Below the pieces are notes generated by a model. That model was not told the origin of the DNA. It ran no database searches and saw only the letters and a list, made by a program, of their open reading frames with translations. Shown in pieces: positions 36,359 through 46,684 of a stretch of DNA of 64,000 nt (within the stretch, counting starts at the first letter, position 1; every line of letters begins with the position of its first letter). The position numbers and the translations under genes are program-made. The stretch comes from an uncultured Chloroflexia bacterium (GTDB lineage Bacteria > Chloroflexota > Limnocylindria > QHBO01): positions 12,164 through 76,163 of the forward strand of contig CAWIPT010000005.1 in assembly GCA_963838125.1 (NCBI GenBank), given 5' to 3'.

Positions 36359-37243
36359 ATGGGGTGGAAGGTGGTTGCGCTCCCGGACGGGCGAGAGCTG
36401 GACGTGCTGGTCGGAGAACGGACCGATGGGCCTGGCCTGCTCTTCCACCACGGCACGCCGGGCAACGCCACGCGGTACGAAACGTGGTTCGCCGAGGCCG
36501 AGGCACGCGGGCTCCGCCCCATCGCGTACAGCCGGCCCGGCTACGCGACCTCGACCCGTGATCCGGGCCGCACCGTCGCATCGGCGGTTGCCGATGTAGA
36601 GGTCCTGCTCGACACGCTGGGCATCGGCCAGTTCCTGAGCTTGGGTGGGTCGGGCGGAGGTCCGCACACCATCGCGTGCGCCGCCCTTGTGCCGGACCGC
36701 TGCCTGGCCAGCGCCGCGCTGGTGACCGTCGCCCCGTGGGGAGCCGAGGGATTGGACTGGTGGGACGGGATGGCCCAGACGAACCTCGACGAGTTCGGCG
36801 CCGCCCTGGCCGGTGAGCCCGCCCTTCGCGAATGGATGGCAGCCGAAGGTGAGGAGTACCGCCACGTCACCGGGCCAAACATGGCCGAGGCCCTGGGCGA
36901 CGCCTTGCCCCCGGCTGACCAGGCGGTTGCCACCGGGGAGTGGGCGGAGCACGAGGCGGCGGGGATTCGCCGCGCCCTGGAGCACGGCTTCGACGGTTGG
37001 GTGGACGACGACCTTGCCTTCACCGTGCCGTGGGGCTTCGACCTGGCCGGCATCCGGGTTCCGGTCCAGATCTGGCAGGGGGAGCTCGATCGGCTCGTGC
37101 CCTGGGCCCACGGGGAGTGGCTGGCCGAGCAGATCCCCGGCGCCCGGTTCACCCTGGCCCGAGGTGAAGGGCACTTCTCGCTGGGCGTGGCCAACCGCGA
37201 CGAGATCCTCGACGCGCTGCAGGAGGCCGCGCAGCCCACCTGA
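36359..37243 (+). CDS. Alpha/beta-fold hydrolase
   Basis: Start MGWKVVALPDGRELDV. HGTPG oxyanion region, nucleophile elbow LGGSGGGPH, C-terminal EGHFS. Confidence 0.75.
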   Translation: MGWKVVALPDGRELDVLVGERTDGPGLLFHHGTPGNATRYETWFAEAEARGLRPIAYSRPGYATSTRDPGRTVASAVADVEVLLDTLGIGQFLSLGGSGGGPHTIACAALVPDRCLASAALVTVAPWGAEGLDWWDGMAQTNLDEFGAALAGEPALREWMAAEGEEYRHVTGPNMAEALGDALPPADQAVATGEWAEHEAAGIRRALEHGFDGWVDDDLAFTVPWGFDLAGIRVPVQIWQGELDRLVPWAHGEWLAEQIPGARFTLARGEGHFSLGVANRDEILDALQEAAQPT

Positions 37244-37337
37244 CCGGTACGCCGGCGAGCCGTTCGACGCTACCGATCGGCGCCGGCCTTCCATGAGCGA
37301 CTTCTGTCTCGGGGCGATTCTCCCGTAGACTGAAGCC

Positions 37338-38309
37338 GTGACCACGATTGAAGTCGAACAGCCGCCAATTGTTCAACGTGCCGTACAGCCGTACGACGCG
37401 CAGACCCTGCTCATCGATCTCGAACCTACCGCGGCCCAGCTCCTGGACCGTCACCTGAAGATAGCCACGGAGTGGTTCCCGCACGACTACATCCCCTACA
37501 GCCTGGGGCGGGACTTCGACAAGGAGCCCTGGACGCCGGACCAGCCGCGGCTAAGCGGCGTCGCCCGGACCGCCTTCGAGGTGAACCTCCTGACCGAGGA
37601 CAACCTGCCGTCCTACCACCGCCTCATTCATGGCATGGTCGGCCGCGGCGACGGGGCGTGGATCAACTGGGTGGGCCGCTGGACGGCGGAGGAGGGCCGG
37701 CACGCCATCGTGTTGCGCGACTACCTGGTCGTCACCCGGAACCTGGATCCCATCGCACTCGAGCGATCTCGGATGCGCCTCCTCCAGCAGGGATACGAGC
37801 GGGAGAGCACCGACCTGCTCCGCGGCCTCGCGTACGTCGCGCTGCAGGAAGTCGCGACCCGGGCAGGGCACCGCAACACCGGACGCTATTCGGACGACCC
37901 GGTGGCGGACAAGATCATGCTGCGCATCTCCACGGACGAGAACCTTCATGCGGCGTTCTACCGCGATGTCCTGGCGGCGGCCGCGGAGGCCCTCCCATCA
38001 GCGACGGTGGAAGCGGTGGTAGCCGAGATCATGTGCTTCGAGATGCCGGGGGCCGGGGCCGGAATCGAGAGCTTCCGCCGGAAGGCGGCCGAGATCGCCC
38101 TGGCGGGCATCTACGACACGCGCATCCATCACGACGAGGTCGTGATGCCGCTCGTCCGGAAGCTGCGGATCTTCGAGCTGGACGGCCTGACCCCTGAGGC
38201 CGAGGCCGCCCGGAACGACCTGGCCGCCTTCCTGGGGGCCCTCGATGCGTCGGCGAAGCGGCTCGAGGAGCGGCGCGCTCGAAAGGCCGAGGCCCAGCCC
38301 CAAGCCTGA
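37338..38309 (+). CDS. Acyl-ACP desaturase (soluble di-iron, DesA1/DesA2-like)
   Basis: NLLTEDNLPSYH, WTAEEGRHAIVLRDYL, QEVATRAGHRNTG and DENLHAAFYRD carry the two (D/E)ExxH di-iron motifs of the family. Confidence 0.85.
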   Translation: MTTIEVEQPPIVQRAVQPYDAQTLLIDLEPTAAQLLDRHLKIATEWFPHDYIPYSLGRDFDKEPWTPDQPRLSGVARTAFEVNLLTEDNLPSYHRLIHGMVGRGDGAWINWVGRWTAEEGRHAIVLRDYLVVTRNLDPIALERSRMRLLQQGYERESTDLLRGLAYVALQEVATRAGHRNTGRYSDDPVADKIMLRISTDENLHAAFYRDVLAAAAEALPSATVEAVVAEIMCFEMPGAGAGIESFRRKAAEIALAGIYDTRIHHDEVVMPLVRKLRIFELDGLTPEAEAARNDLAAFLGALDASAKRLEERRARKAEAQPQA

Positions 38310-38330
38310 GACAACGTCGTCAGCCGCGGG

Positions 38331-38780
38331 TTAGCCGGCTCGCCGGCCTTCGAGCAGCGCCTTCAGCCTGGCGAGGTCGGTCGCGAGGGCCGAACGGGTC
38401 GAGCGGTCGACCAGGGGCATCACGAACTTCCGGGGGCCGGGGGCACGGGTGTCCAGGTCGATCACCACCCGCGATCCCTGGCCGTAGGGGACGACCCGGT
38501 AGTGGCCGGTCGATCCGCGCAGGATGCCCACGACGACGAGGTCGCGCCACTCGTGTGCCACGGGATCGACATGGGTGATCTCGGCCTCGGTCAGCTGGTT
38601 GCCGAACCGCGTGCCGCGGACCTTGAACGTGCGGGTGCCCACCTGGATCGGTCCCGTCGGCCGGTGAGTCGAGTGCAGGACCTCCTCCTGCCATTCGACC
38701 TGGCGCCGGGGATCTGAGAGGTACTTCCAGACGACGTCGGTCGGCCGCTCGATGGCGACCTCCAGGTGCAGCGCGCCCAT
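38331..38780 (-). CDS. SRPBCC-family protein
   Basis: Start chosen at MGALHLEVAIERPTDVVWKYLSDP, a typical SRPBCC N-terminus. About 149 aa. Confidence 0.65.
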   Translation of the reverse strand: MGALHLEVAIERPTDVVWKYLSDPRRQVEWQEEVLHSTHRPTGPIQVGTRTFKVRGTRFGNQLTEAEITHVDPVAHEWRDLVVVGILRGSTGHYRVVPYGQGSRVVIDLDTRAPGPRKFVMPLVDRSTRSALATDLARLKALLEGRRAG

Positions 38781-38871
38781 CGGTCGAGAGCGTAGCGTGC
38801 CCGGCGGCGGATGAGCTCGCCCAGACGGGCGTGGGCAGCCCGGGCCGTTCATCGGTACTCTTCGACCTCAC

Positions 38872-39849
38872 GTGATTATCGAGGTTGACGGACTCGCCAA
38901 GTCGTTCGGCGAGCTCGAGGCAGTCAAGGGGGTGACGTTCGGCGTGGAGCCGGGCGAGATCTTCGGTTTCCTCGGCCCGAATGGGGCGGGCAAGACCACC
39001 ACCATCAACATGCTCTGCACGCTCCTCCATCCGACTGCCGGGTCCGCGAAGGTCAACGGCTTCGACGTGGAGCGCGAGCGAAGCGAGGTCCGCCGCTCCA
39101 TCGGCCTGGTCTTCCAGCAGACCACCCTTGACGAGTACATGAGTGCGGAGCAGAACCTCCGCTTCCACGCGTTCGCCTACGGCATCCCGGCCGACCTGCG
39201 CGAGCAGCGGATGACCGAGCTGCTGAACATCGTCGACCTCGCCGACCGGCGGAAGGGCAGCGTTCGCACCTTCTCCGGCGGCATGAAGCGGCGGCTGGAG
39301 ATCGCCCGCGGCCTGCTCCACCACCCCAAAGTGCTGTTCCTGGACGAGCCGACCCTGGGCCTCGACCCCCAGACCCGCCGCCTGATCTGGGACTACCTGC
39401 GAGCCCTCCGCGAGCAGGAGGGGCTCACCATCTTCCTGACTACCCACTACATGGACGAGGCCGAGCACTCGGACCGGATCGCGGTCATCGACCACGGCCT
39501 GATCGTGGGGCTGGATACGCCGATCGGCCTGAAGCGGTCGGTGGGCGGCGACCTGGTCACCATCGCCACCGGTAACAGCGCGGCGGCGGCGATCGAGATC
39601 AAGGACCGGTACGGGGCCGAGCCCGCCGTGCGGGATGGGACGGTGAGCTTCAACGTGACCCACGGCGCGGAGTTCCTGCCCGACTTCGTGCGGACGTTCA
39701 GCCAGCCGCTGGCCTCGGTATCGGTCCGCGAGCCGACCCTGGACGACGTCTTCCTCAACCTGACCGGCCGCGAGATCCGTGATTCGGAGCTGGATTCCAA
39801 AGAGCAGCTGGTCTCCAACATGTCGCGCCGCTTCGGACGGAACCGATGA
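38872..39849 (+). CDS. ABC transporter ATP-binding protein (DrrA / ABC-2 exporter type)
   Basis: Walker A GPNGAGKTT, signature FSGGMKRRLEIA, Walker B VLFLDEPTLGLD, plus a C-terminal DrrA-type domain. Confidence 0.9.
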   Translation: MIIEVDGLAKSFGELEAVKGVTFGVEPGEIFGFLGPNGAGKTTTINMLCTLLHPTAGSAKVNGFDVERERSEVRRSIGLVFQQTTLDEYMSAEQNLRFHAFAYGIPADLREQRMTELLNIVDLADRRKGSVRTFSGGMKRRLEIARGLLHHPKVLFLDEPTLGLDPQTRRLIWDYLRALREQEGLTIFLTTHYMDEAEHSDRIAVIDHGLIVGLDTPIGLKRSVGGDLVTIATGNSAAAAIEIKDRYGAEPAVRDGTVSFNVTHGAEFLPDFVRTFSQPLASVSVREPTLDDVFLNLTGREIRDSELDSKEQLVSNMSRRFGRNR

Positions 39850-40637
39850 CCGAGATCTGGCGCGGGACCTGGGTCGTGACCTACCGCGAGCTCATTCGGT
39901 TCGTGAACGAGCGGTCGCGGATGGTGGGCTCGTTCGCCCAGCCGCTCATCTTCCTGGTCATCTTCGGGGCGGGGTTCGGCAACCTCATCGGCTCCGTGGC
40001 GCCGGGGGTGGACTTCATCCAGTTCATGTATCCCGGGATCATCGCCATGGGCGTGCTCACCACGGCCCTGTTCGCGGGCGTGTCGGTGGTCTGGGACCGC
40101 GAATTCGGGTTCCTCCGCGAGCTCCTCGTGGCGCCCCTGGGCCGGACCGGGATCGTGCTCGGTAAAGCGCTGGGCGCCGCCGCCGTGGCCCTCCTGCAGG
40201 TGGCGCTCATGCTGCTCATCACCCCCATCGTGGGGGTGGACCTCGACCTCCAGATCATCCTGCTCCTGATCCCGATCGTGTTCATCCTGTCCATCGCCCT
40301 GTCCGGCCTCGGGCTCATGGTCGCCAGCTTCATGCGCTCGCAGCAGGGGTTCCAGCTGCTCATCCAGCTCCTCATCTTCCCGCTCATCTTCCTGGCCGGC
40401 GTCTTCTTCCCCATCAACCAGGCCCCGGACTGGCTCCAGGTCCTGAGCAAGCTCAACCCGCTCACCTACGGGGTGGATGCCATCCGCCAGGTCTTCCTCG
40501 GCGACGATGCCGGTCCGCGGGTGGGCGTCACGGTGTTCGGCCACCTCATGACCCTGCCCGAGGAAGTGCTCCTGATCTCCGTTTTCGCGGTCGTACTGAT
40601 CAGCGCAGCGGCGTGGGCCTTCAACCGCCAGGAGTAG
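39846..40637 (+). CDS. ABC-2 type transporter permease
   Basis: 263 aa, 6 TM segments, start overlapping the ATPase stop (ATGA). Has the PLTYGVDAIR motif of ABC-2 permeases. Confidence 0.85.
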   Translation: MTEIWRGTWVVTYRELIRFVNERSRMVGSFAQPLIFLVIFGAGFGNLIGSVAPGVDFIQFMYPGIIAMGVLTTALFAGVSVVWDREFGFLRELLVAPLGRTGIVLGKALGAAAVALLQVALMLLITPIVGVDLDLQIILLLIPIVFILSIALSGLGLMVASFMRSQQGFQLLIQLLIFPLIFLAGVFFPINQAPDWLQVLSKLNPLTYGVDAIRQVFLGDDAGPRVGVTVFGHLMTLPEEVLLISVFAVVLISAAAWAFNRQE

Positions 40638-40641
40638 ACCG

Positions 40642-41679
40642 ATGTCACCGCGTTCATCCGCCCGTCTCCGCCTCGTGACCGATTCCTCGACCGCTGCCGA
40701 GTTCCCGCCGGCGAATGGGTCGGCGACAGCTGGCGATGCAGCCGACTCGTCGGCCCTTGATGCCTACTCGCGGGTGGTCACCTCCGTCGCCGAGCGGCTC
40801 CTGCGCCAGGTCGTCCTGCTCCGCGTCGAGCGCCGCGGGCGGCGCGGCGACGAGGGCGGACTGGGGTCCGGAGTGGTCGTCAGCCAGGACGGGTACATCC
40901 TCACCTCCGCCCACGTCCTGGCCGGCAGCCGCGGTGGAGTGGCCGCCTTCGCCGACGGCCGCGAGCTGCCCATCGAGATCGTGGGCCGGGATCCTCTCTC
41001 CGACATGGCCGTCGCGCGGGTGGACGGCGGCCGCCTGGAGGCCGCCGAGCTGGGTGACGCGGATGCGCTGCGCGTCGGCCAGCTGGTGGTGGCCGTCGGC
41101 TCGCCGCTGGGCCTGGCCGGATCCGTCTCCGCCGGCGTGGTCAGCGCCCTCGGCCGCTCGCTGCCGACCCAGGTCGGCAGCGCTACCCGGATCGTGGAGA
41201 ACGTGATTCAGACCGATGCCGCCCTGAACCCGGGCAACTCCGGTGGAGCGCTGGCCGAAGCCAATGGGCGAGTGGTCGGCATCAATACGGCGGTGGCCGG
41301 CATCGGTATCGGCCTGGCCGTGCCCATCAACACCGCCAGCCGGCGGATCATCGGCGCCCTCATGCGCGACGGCCGCTTCCGCCGCGCGTTCCTGGGCATT
41401 GCCGGCATGCGCCGCCCGTTGCCGCCTCGGGTGGCCCGGGCCCTGGGCCGGGCATCGGGCATCGGTCTGACCGAAGTCGTGCACAGCAGCCCGGCTGCCG
41501 CGGCCGGCCTGCGCGAGGGCGACTTGATCCTCGACGTGGACGGGCAACCGGTGGGGGACGCGAGCGACCTGCAACGGCTGATGGTGGGCGAGACGATTGG
41601 CAAGCCGCTGCCGGTCCGGATCCTGCGGGTGGGCGAGCTGCGCGACCTCATCATCGTCCCCGTGGAGCTGGGCACATGA
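40642..41679 (+). CDS. S1C (HtrA/DegP-like) trypsin-type serine protease with C-terminal PDZ domain
   Basis: GSGVVVSQDGYILTSAHV (His), DMAVARV (Asp), TDAALNPGNSGGAL (Ser), then a PDZ-like GIGLTEV..SPAAAAGLREGDLILDVDG. Confidence 0.85.
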   Translation: MSPRSSARLRLVTDSSTAAEFPPANGSATAGDAADSSALDAYSRVVTSVAERLLRQVVLLRVERRGRRGDEGGLGSGVVVSQDGYILTSAHVLAGSRGGVAAFADGRELPIEIVGRDPLSDMAVARVDGGRLEAAELGDADALRVGQLVVAVGSPLGLAGSVSAGVVSALGRSLPTQVGSATRIVENVIQTDAALNPGNSGGALAEANGRVVGINTAVAGIGIGLAVPINTASRRIIGALMRDGRFRRAFLGIAGMRRPLPPRVARALGRASGIGLTEVVHSSPAAAAGLREGDLILDVDGQPVGDASDLQRLMVGETIGKPLPVRILRVGELRDLIIVPVELGT

Positions 41680-42137
41680 GCACCGACGATCCGTTCCCGC
41701 GACAGCGGTTCGGGGCCATGGTCCGGCGCATGCCTCGCTACGCCCGCCTGGCGTGGAGCCTGAGTCGTCATCCGAAGGTGACCGGACGGCGGAAGCTGGC
41801 ACTCGTCGCCGCCACCACCTATCTCATCTCTCCCATCGACCTCGTGCCCGGCTTCATCCCGGTCGCCGGTCAGCTGGATGACGCGGCGGCGATCCTCATC
41901 GCCATCGGTATTGCGCTGCGCAGCATGCAGCCGGCGGAGCGGACGGCGGCGCTGGCCGAGGTCGGGCTGATGGCGACCGATATCGACGACGACCTGCGGA
42001 CGATCGGCGCCTCCTACAAGTGGATGGGTCGGCGGGGCGCCCGCCTGGGCATGAAGGCCGGACGGGTGATGGCCCACGGCGCCGAGCGCGCGCTCCGCGC
42101 GGTTCGGGGTCGAATCCGGAGTCGCGAGGCCGGCTAG
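41676..42137 (+). CDS. YkvA/DUF1232-family membrane protein
   Basis: YLISPIDLVPGFIPVAGQLDDAAAIL is the DUF1232 signature. Its start overlaps the protease stop. Confidence 0.7.
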   Translation: MSTDDPFPRQRFGAMVRRMPRYARLAWSLSRHPKVTGRRKLALVAATTYLISPIDLVPGFIPVAGQLDDAAAILIAIGIALRSMQPAERTAALAEVGLMATDIDDDLRTIGASYKWMGRRGARLGMKAGRVMAHGAERALRAVRGRIRSREAG

Positions 42138-42193
42138 TCGCCCCAGGCGAGTCCGCCGGCGGGTGAGCCGGGCGCGGGCAGCCGGGCGCGGGC

Positions 42194-42853
42194 TCAGCCG
42201 ATTCCCAGCTCGTCCAGGGAGGCGTCCAGCTCCGCGGGATCGCGGTAGACGCGGAACGCGCCGGCCTGAGCCAGCTCGTCCTCGCCGTAGCCACCGGTCA
42301 GCAGTCCCACCGACAGCATCCCCGCCCGTCGCGCGGCGAGCAGGTCCCACACGGCGTCGCCCACGACCGTCACGTCGCGGATCGCCACTCCCATCCGCTC
42401 CTGGCAGGCGAGGAACAGGTCCGGCTCCGGCTTGGCGCGCATGACCGCGCCCCGATCGACGACGGTCACGTCCTCGCCGATGCCGAGGGCGTCAAGCGAG
42501 GCATCGATCTCCGGCCGCCGCCCACTGGTGGCGATGCCGTAGGGCACATCCAGATCGGCGAGGTGACGGAGGAGGTCGATCGCGCCGGGGAGCGGCCGCC
42601 GCTCGGGGAGCAGCTCGCGGTACAGCTCGCCGTGGCGGTCCTGGATGGCGTTGATCTCGTCGTCGCTCAACGGCCGGCCCAGCTCGCGGGCGAGGGCCCG
42701 GGTGAAGAGGCCGCCGCTCATCCCGATCCGACGGTGGATTCGCCAACCATCCACGGGGAGCGCCGCCTCGGCCAGCGCCCGCTGCCAGGCGAATACGTGG
42801 GCGTAGACGGTGTCGATGAGCGTGCCGTCCAGGTCGAAGATAAGCGCCCGCAT
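42194..42853 (-). CDS. HAD-superfamily hydrolase (subfamily IA; phosphoglycolate phosphatase/beta-PGM-like)
   Basis: Start MRALIFDLDGTLIDT (motif I DxDGT), motif II ATSG, motif IV VGDAVWDLLAA. Confidence 0.8.
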   Translation of the reverse strand: MRALIFDLDGTLIDTVYAHVFAWQRALAEAALPVDGWRIHRRIGMSGGLFTRALARELGRPLSDDEINAIQDRHGELYRELLPERRPLPGAIDLLRHLADLDVPYGIATSGRRPEIDASLDALGIGEDVTVVDRGAVMRAKPEPDLFLACQERMGVAIRDVTVVGDAVWDLLAARRAGMLSVGLLTGGYGEDELAQAGAFRVYRDPAELDASLDELGIG

Positions 42854-42939
42854 GGGCCAAGGGTAACGGGCCCGCGTCAACGGGTGAGCAAGGACAGCCC
42901 CCGAACGTCGCCGGTCAGGGGCTGTTGATCAGTGGCTCG

Positions 42940-43191
42940 CTACTTCGACTTGGAGTATTCCGCCTTGGTGCGCCGCTCGTCCTTCTGCATCCGCCGCTCC
43001 AGGTCGCGCGCGAGCTTGTTCACGTCCTCGTGAGCTTTGTCGGCAACGTTGTCCCGCCCGTGCCGGACGTCGTCGCCGAGGTTGGCCAGCTTGTCGCTGG
43101 TCGACACGTCACCGTCGAGCCCGCGCGAGGCTTCCTTGACCTCGTCCTCGACGAGACGGGCGCCCTTCTTGACGTCCTTCATGGTTCGCAC
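42940..43191 (-). CDS. Small hydrophilic stress-type hypothetical protein
   Basis: 83 aa, highly charged (K/D/E/R-rich), preceded by GGAGGTG. No domain assigned. Confidence 0.4.
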   Translation of the reverse strand: MRTMKDVKKGARLVEDEVKEASRGLDGDVSTSDKLANLGDDVRHGRDNVADKAHEDVNKLARDLERRMQKDERRTKAEYSKSK

Positions 43192-43402
43192 CTCCTGGAC
43201 GGGGTGAACGCGCGGCGGGCGCGCTCGAATCCACGGTACGCAGGATCGGCTTGCGAACGTCAGACCGGGCCACGGGGTGACGTGTTGCAGGTGGGTTACA
43301 GGTGCGTTGGAGCTCCGTCAGGTCGAGCGTGAGGGGCGGGATCGGTACCGATGTCGAGGACGCGGAGCACGGATTGCCTCACCCGGCCAAGATAGAGATC
43401 CG

Positions 43403-43765
43403 ATGGCCCACAGCGTCGAACACCTCGCCACGCTCATGGACCAGCTGGTCACCCTCCTCCGCCAACAGGGCGAGGAGCACTGGGCCGACTGGGTGGAGGC
43501 CGATGTGCGCGCGGTTCGCGCGCGGGACGGTTGGGGTCTCGAGCATTTCCTGGCCGCCTTTGGCGGGATGGGCAGCCTGTGGGATCTCATCTTTCATCCG
43601 ATGAACGGCAACGCCTCGTCCGATGATGAGGGCCGCGCGGCAACCGAACGGCTCAACGAGCTGCTCGAGGAGGCGTATCCCATCGCTCAGGACCTCTCCC
43701 GGGAGCTGAACGCTCGGGACGAGGAAGAAGGCGAGGAGGAGTACGCGGAGCCGACCTACTCGTAA
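43403..43765 (+). CDS. Hypothetical protein
   Basis: 120 aa from ATG 43403 (MAHSVEHLATLMDQL...), with an acidic C-terminus. No domain assigned. Confidence 0.4.
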   Translation: MAHSVEHLATLMDQLVTLLRQQGEEHWADWVEADVRAVRARDGWGLEHFLAAFGGMGSLWDLIFHPMNGNASSDDEGRAATERLNELLEEAYPIAQDLSRELNARDEEEGEEEYAEPTYS

Positions 43766-44826
43766 CGGACGACGACCAGCCGGTCGGCGGCGGACTCCGC
43801 GCCCCACACCTCCCCATCGCGGCCCAGGAGCTGGCGGACCAGGGACGGCGTGCTCTCGGCCGGGAACGACTGGAACGTCTCGGTGACCGGGTCGAAGCGG
43901 ACGATCGCATCCGCTGTGTGGTCGGTCAGCCACACCGCGTCGAGCTCATCCACGTACACCGCATACGCCTGGGGAGCATTTCCGGGAAGCCGCCATTCGC
44001 GCCAGTTCCCGTTGACGGGGTCGTAGACCCCCACCTGGCCGGCGTTCCACTCCGCAATCCAGATTCGGCCCCCAGAGTCGGACCAGGCCCGCCGCACGCC
44101 CGCCCCGGCGGTCGGTGGCTCGAGCACGGTCACCGCGCCGCTGTCGGTGTCCACCGCCCCGAGGTACGAGCCCGCCAGCGAGGCGTAGTAGATCTCCCCC
44201 TCCGGCGTAGCCGTGATCCCGTACGGTCCCACTCCGCGGGGCGCGGCCCAGACCTCGACCGAGCCCGTGGCCGGGTTGACCCGTCCGTACCAGCCGGCCT
44301 GGCCGGTGAACCACAGGATCCCGTCTCCGTCGAACGCGGCGGTGTTCAGGTTGGCGGACGCGGCCACCGAGGGAAGCGGGTAGCGAGTCACCGCATCGGT
44401 CTCCGGATCCACCCGGACGATGGCGTTGAGCCCGCCATCGGTGATCCACGGCGCCTCGTCCGGTCCGACGATGACCCCGTGCGGGGCCGACCCGGCGCCG
44501 AGCGGGATCTCGCGGTAGTCCCCACTCGCCGGGTCCAGCCAGCCCAGGCGGCCGGTGTGCTGGGCCGTGTACCAGACCCCGCCGTCGACCGCAGGCGCCA
44601 CGTCATGCGGATGGGTCCCGCCGGGCACGGCGAAGGTCTCGGTCGAGAACTCGAGAAGCGCGGCCCCGGTGCTGGCTGAGGGCTCTGCGGAGGCAGATTC
44701 GGACGGGGCTGCACTCGGCGAGACCGATGCCGACCCGGTTGGGCTGGCGGGGCTCGATGCGCAGGCGGAGACCAGCACGGCCAGGGTCAGGCTGGTTGTG
44801 GCACGGGTGACGCGGCGGTCCCTCAT
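43756..44826 (-). CDS. Beta-propeller lipoprotein, virginiamycin B lyase (Vgb)-like repeats
   Basis: Start MRDRRVTRATTSLTLAVLVSAC (lipobox). Repeated PHGV..GPD...WIT/WFT and G.Y.I... motifs (GPYGITATPEGEIYYAS) as in Vgb-type six-bladed propellers. Confidence 0.6.
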   Translation of the reverse strand: MRDRRVTRATTSLTLAVLVSACASSPASPTGSASVSPSAAPSESASAEPSASTGAALLEFSTETFAVPGGTHPHDVAPAVDGGVWYTAQHTGRLGWLDPASGDYREIPLGAGSAPHGVIVGPDEAPWITDGGLNAIVRVDPETDAVTRYPLPSVAASANLNTAAFDGDGILWFTGQAGWYGRVNPATGSVEVWAAPRGVGPYGITATPEGEIYYASLAGSYLGAVDTDSGAVTVLEPPTAGAGVRRAWSDSGGRIWIAEWNAGQVGVYDPVNGNWREWRLPGNAPQAYAVYVDELDAVWLTDHTADAIVRFDPVTETFQSFPAESTPSLVRQLLGRDGEVWGAESAADRLVVVRYE

Positions 44827-44860
44827 CCTGGAATGGCTACCGTCGGTGAGCCACGCTCGT

Positions 44861-45898
44861 TCAGTCGGGCGACACCCGCCAGAGCTTGTGGAAGTCCCAG
44901 GAGGTCGCCCACACCGAGTCGAAGCCCACGATGAGATCGCCGCCGCCGGCACTCGCGGTGATGGTCTGCAGGACGTCGCCGGTGGCCGAGTCGAACTCGG
45001 TCAGGAACGTGTTCGAGGTCCGGACCCAGAGCGAGGTCCCGTCGAGTGCGAAGTAGCCCGATCGGTCGATGGGATCGGTCACGAACGTGGCCAGGACCGC
45101 GCCGCTGGCCGGATCGATCTGGGCGATGGTCGCCTCCCCCTCGGCCGGTCCCTGGCCCTCGACCCCGAACAGGCTGACCCACACACTGTCGTCCGTGACC
45201 ACCACCGCGAAGGGCCCGGTGAGGCCACTGGCCACGACCGCCGCCGCGCCGGTTGCCGGATCCACCTTCAGCAGCTGACCGTCGTTGGGGGCGGTGACCC
45301 ACAGCCCGTCGAACCCGAATGCCATCTGGCCGAGCACGCGGTCGAGCGGAATCGTGCCGCTTGGAGTGTTCGTCTCCGGGTCGATGCGAAGCAGGGTGTC
45401 GGGGTCTGTCCGGTCCCCCTGGCGGGTGAAGGCCCACACGCTCCCGGCCCCGACGGCCAGCTTTCCATGGCCGTAGGTATCGGACTCGACGATCGTCTGC
45501 ACGGCGTTCGTTGCGGGGTCGATCCGCGCGACACCCGCCGAGGACGCCCAAATCGAGTCGAAGCCCGCCACGGCGCCCGAGGAGCCGCCTCCCGCCGGAA
45601 CGTCGATATCGGCCAGGATCCCGTTGGAAAATGGATCCACCCGGACCATGCCCGGCGCGCCGGGCTCATCCGACACCACCCAGACCGAATCGAAAGCGAC
45701 GAACGGGAAGTCCGCATCCTGGATGTTGAGCTCCAGCTCCGTCCGATCGGCCAGCTCGGCGGTGGGCGGCCCGCTCGACGCAGCGCTGGCAGGCGCGCTT
45801 GGCGCGACTGAGCCGGGCTCGGACGGCGAGCCCGTCGTCGATGCGGAACACGCGGCGACGAGGAGCAGCGAAATGAGCAGCGCGGCTGGGCGGCGCAT
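44861..45898 (-). CDS. Beta-propeller-repeat lipoprotein (hypothetical)
   Basis: Start MRRPAALLISLLLVAACS (lipobox). Repeated FDS[VI]W/GSVW/GLWV blades. The 5' part of ORF 44861..46114 belongs to the upstream methyltransferase in another frame. Confidence 0.55.
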   Translation of the reverse strand: MRRPAALLISLLLVAACSASTTGSPSEPGSVAPSAPASAASSGPPTAELADRTELELNIQDADFPFVAFDSVWVVSDEPGAPGMVRVDPFSNGILADIDVPAGGGSSGAVAGFDSIWASSAGVARIDPATNAVQTIVESDTYGHGKLAVGAGSVWAFTRQGDRTDPDTLLRIDPETNTPSGTIPLDRVLGQMAFGFDGLWVTAPNDGQLLKVDPATGAAAVVASGLTGPFAVVVTDDSVWVSLFGVEGQGPAEGEATIAQIDPASGAVLATFVTDPIDRSGYFALDGTSLWVRTSNTFLTEFDSATGDVLQTITASAGGGDLIVGFDSVWATSWDFHKLWRVSPD

Positions 45899-45920
45899 GT
45901 CCGCGGAGCCTACAGGATGG

Positions 45921-46666
45921 TCAATCGACCCGGAATGCGCGCACGGCGAGCGGCCACACCGCGTCCCGCCGCTCGGCATCGCCCCAGGCAGCAACGAGTC
46001 GCGGCCGAACCTCGTCCAGCGGGTTGCGACCTTCCGCGGCCATGCACTTCCGCGATGCGCCGACCACGTCCCCAGGTAGCCGATGAGATCGTCGACCGAC
46101 CACGAGCTGCGCATCTCGAATGGTGGCGTCTCGAGCTCCGCGAATCGGGACCGTCACGCTCGACGTAGCCGTCCTCGACCAGCCGCCGCTCCGGCTCCCA
46201 GTACGGGTCGAGGTCGGCGTACAGCTCGTCCACCACCGCGTCCACGTCCGGCGTGATGCGCGACAGCGCGTAGCTGACCAGGGCCAGCACCCCACTCGGT
46301 CGGAGCACGCGCCGGGCCTCGGCGAAGAACGGCTCGCGCTGGAACCAGTGGAATGCCTGGGCCGCCAGCAGGAGGTCGGCGGCGCCATCGGTCAGTCCGG
46401 TGGCCTCCGCGGTGGCCACCCGGTACTCGACCCTGGGGTGGGGTCGAGCGTTGTCCAGCTGCTCGGCGCTGGGCTCGATACCGATGACCCGCTCGAAGTG
46501 ATCGGCCAGGTCCACCGCCGCCTGCCCGTTGCCGGTGCCGAGGTCCACGGCCAGATGCGCGAGCCGGACTGATGTCGGCCAGCCAGGCGAACAGCTCCGG
46601 CGGGTACGACGGGCGAAAGCGGGCGTAGTCCGCCGCGTGGCCAGAGAACAGGTCCTTGAACGCCAT
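45921..46666 (-). pseudogene. Class I SAM-dependent methyltransferase, three frameshifts as sequenced (~46565, ~46152, ~46056)
   Basis: Stitched: MAFKDLFSGHAADYARFRPSYPPELFAWLADI | VDLGTGNGQAAVDLADHFERVIGIEPS...FHWF...LRPSGVLALVSY | FAELETPPFEMRSSWSVDDLIGYLGTWSA | RKCMAAEGRNPLDEVRPRLVAAWGD...WPLAVRAFRVD*. Confidence 0.7.
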
Positions 46667-46684
46667 GGACCGATGCTGACCGCG

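Noticed and set aside
38320-42350. Series of long minus-strand ORFs (38320..39663, 39447..40544, 40654..41802, 41208..42350)
   Set aside because: They are antisense to the ABC ATPase, ABC-2 permease, HtrA-like protease and DUF1232 genes, all of which have diagnostic motifs and translational coupling on the plus strand.
43170-43260. tRNA-like T-arm motif (GCTCGAATCCAC) in an intergenic region
   Set aside because: No acceptor, D-arm or anticodon arm can be built around it. I found no tRNA or rRNA genes anywhere in the window.
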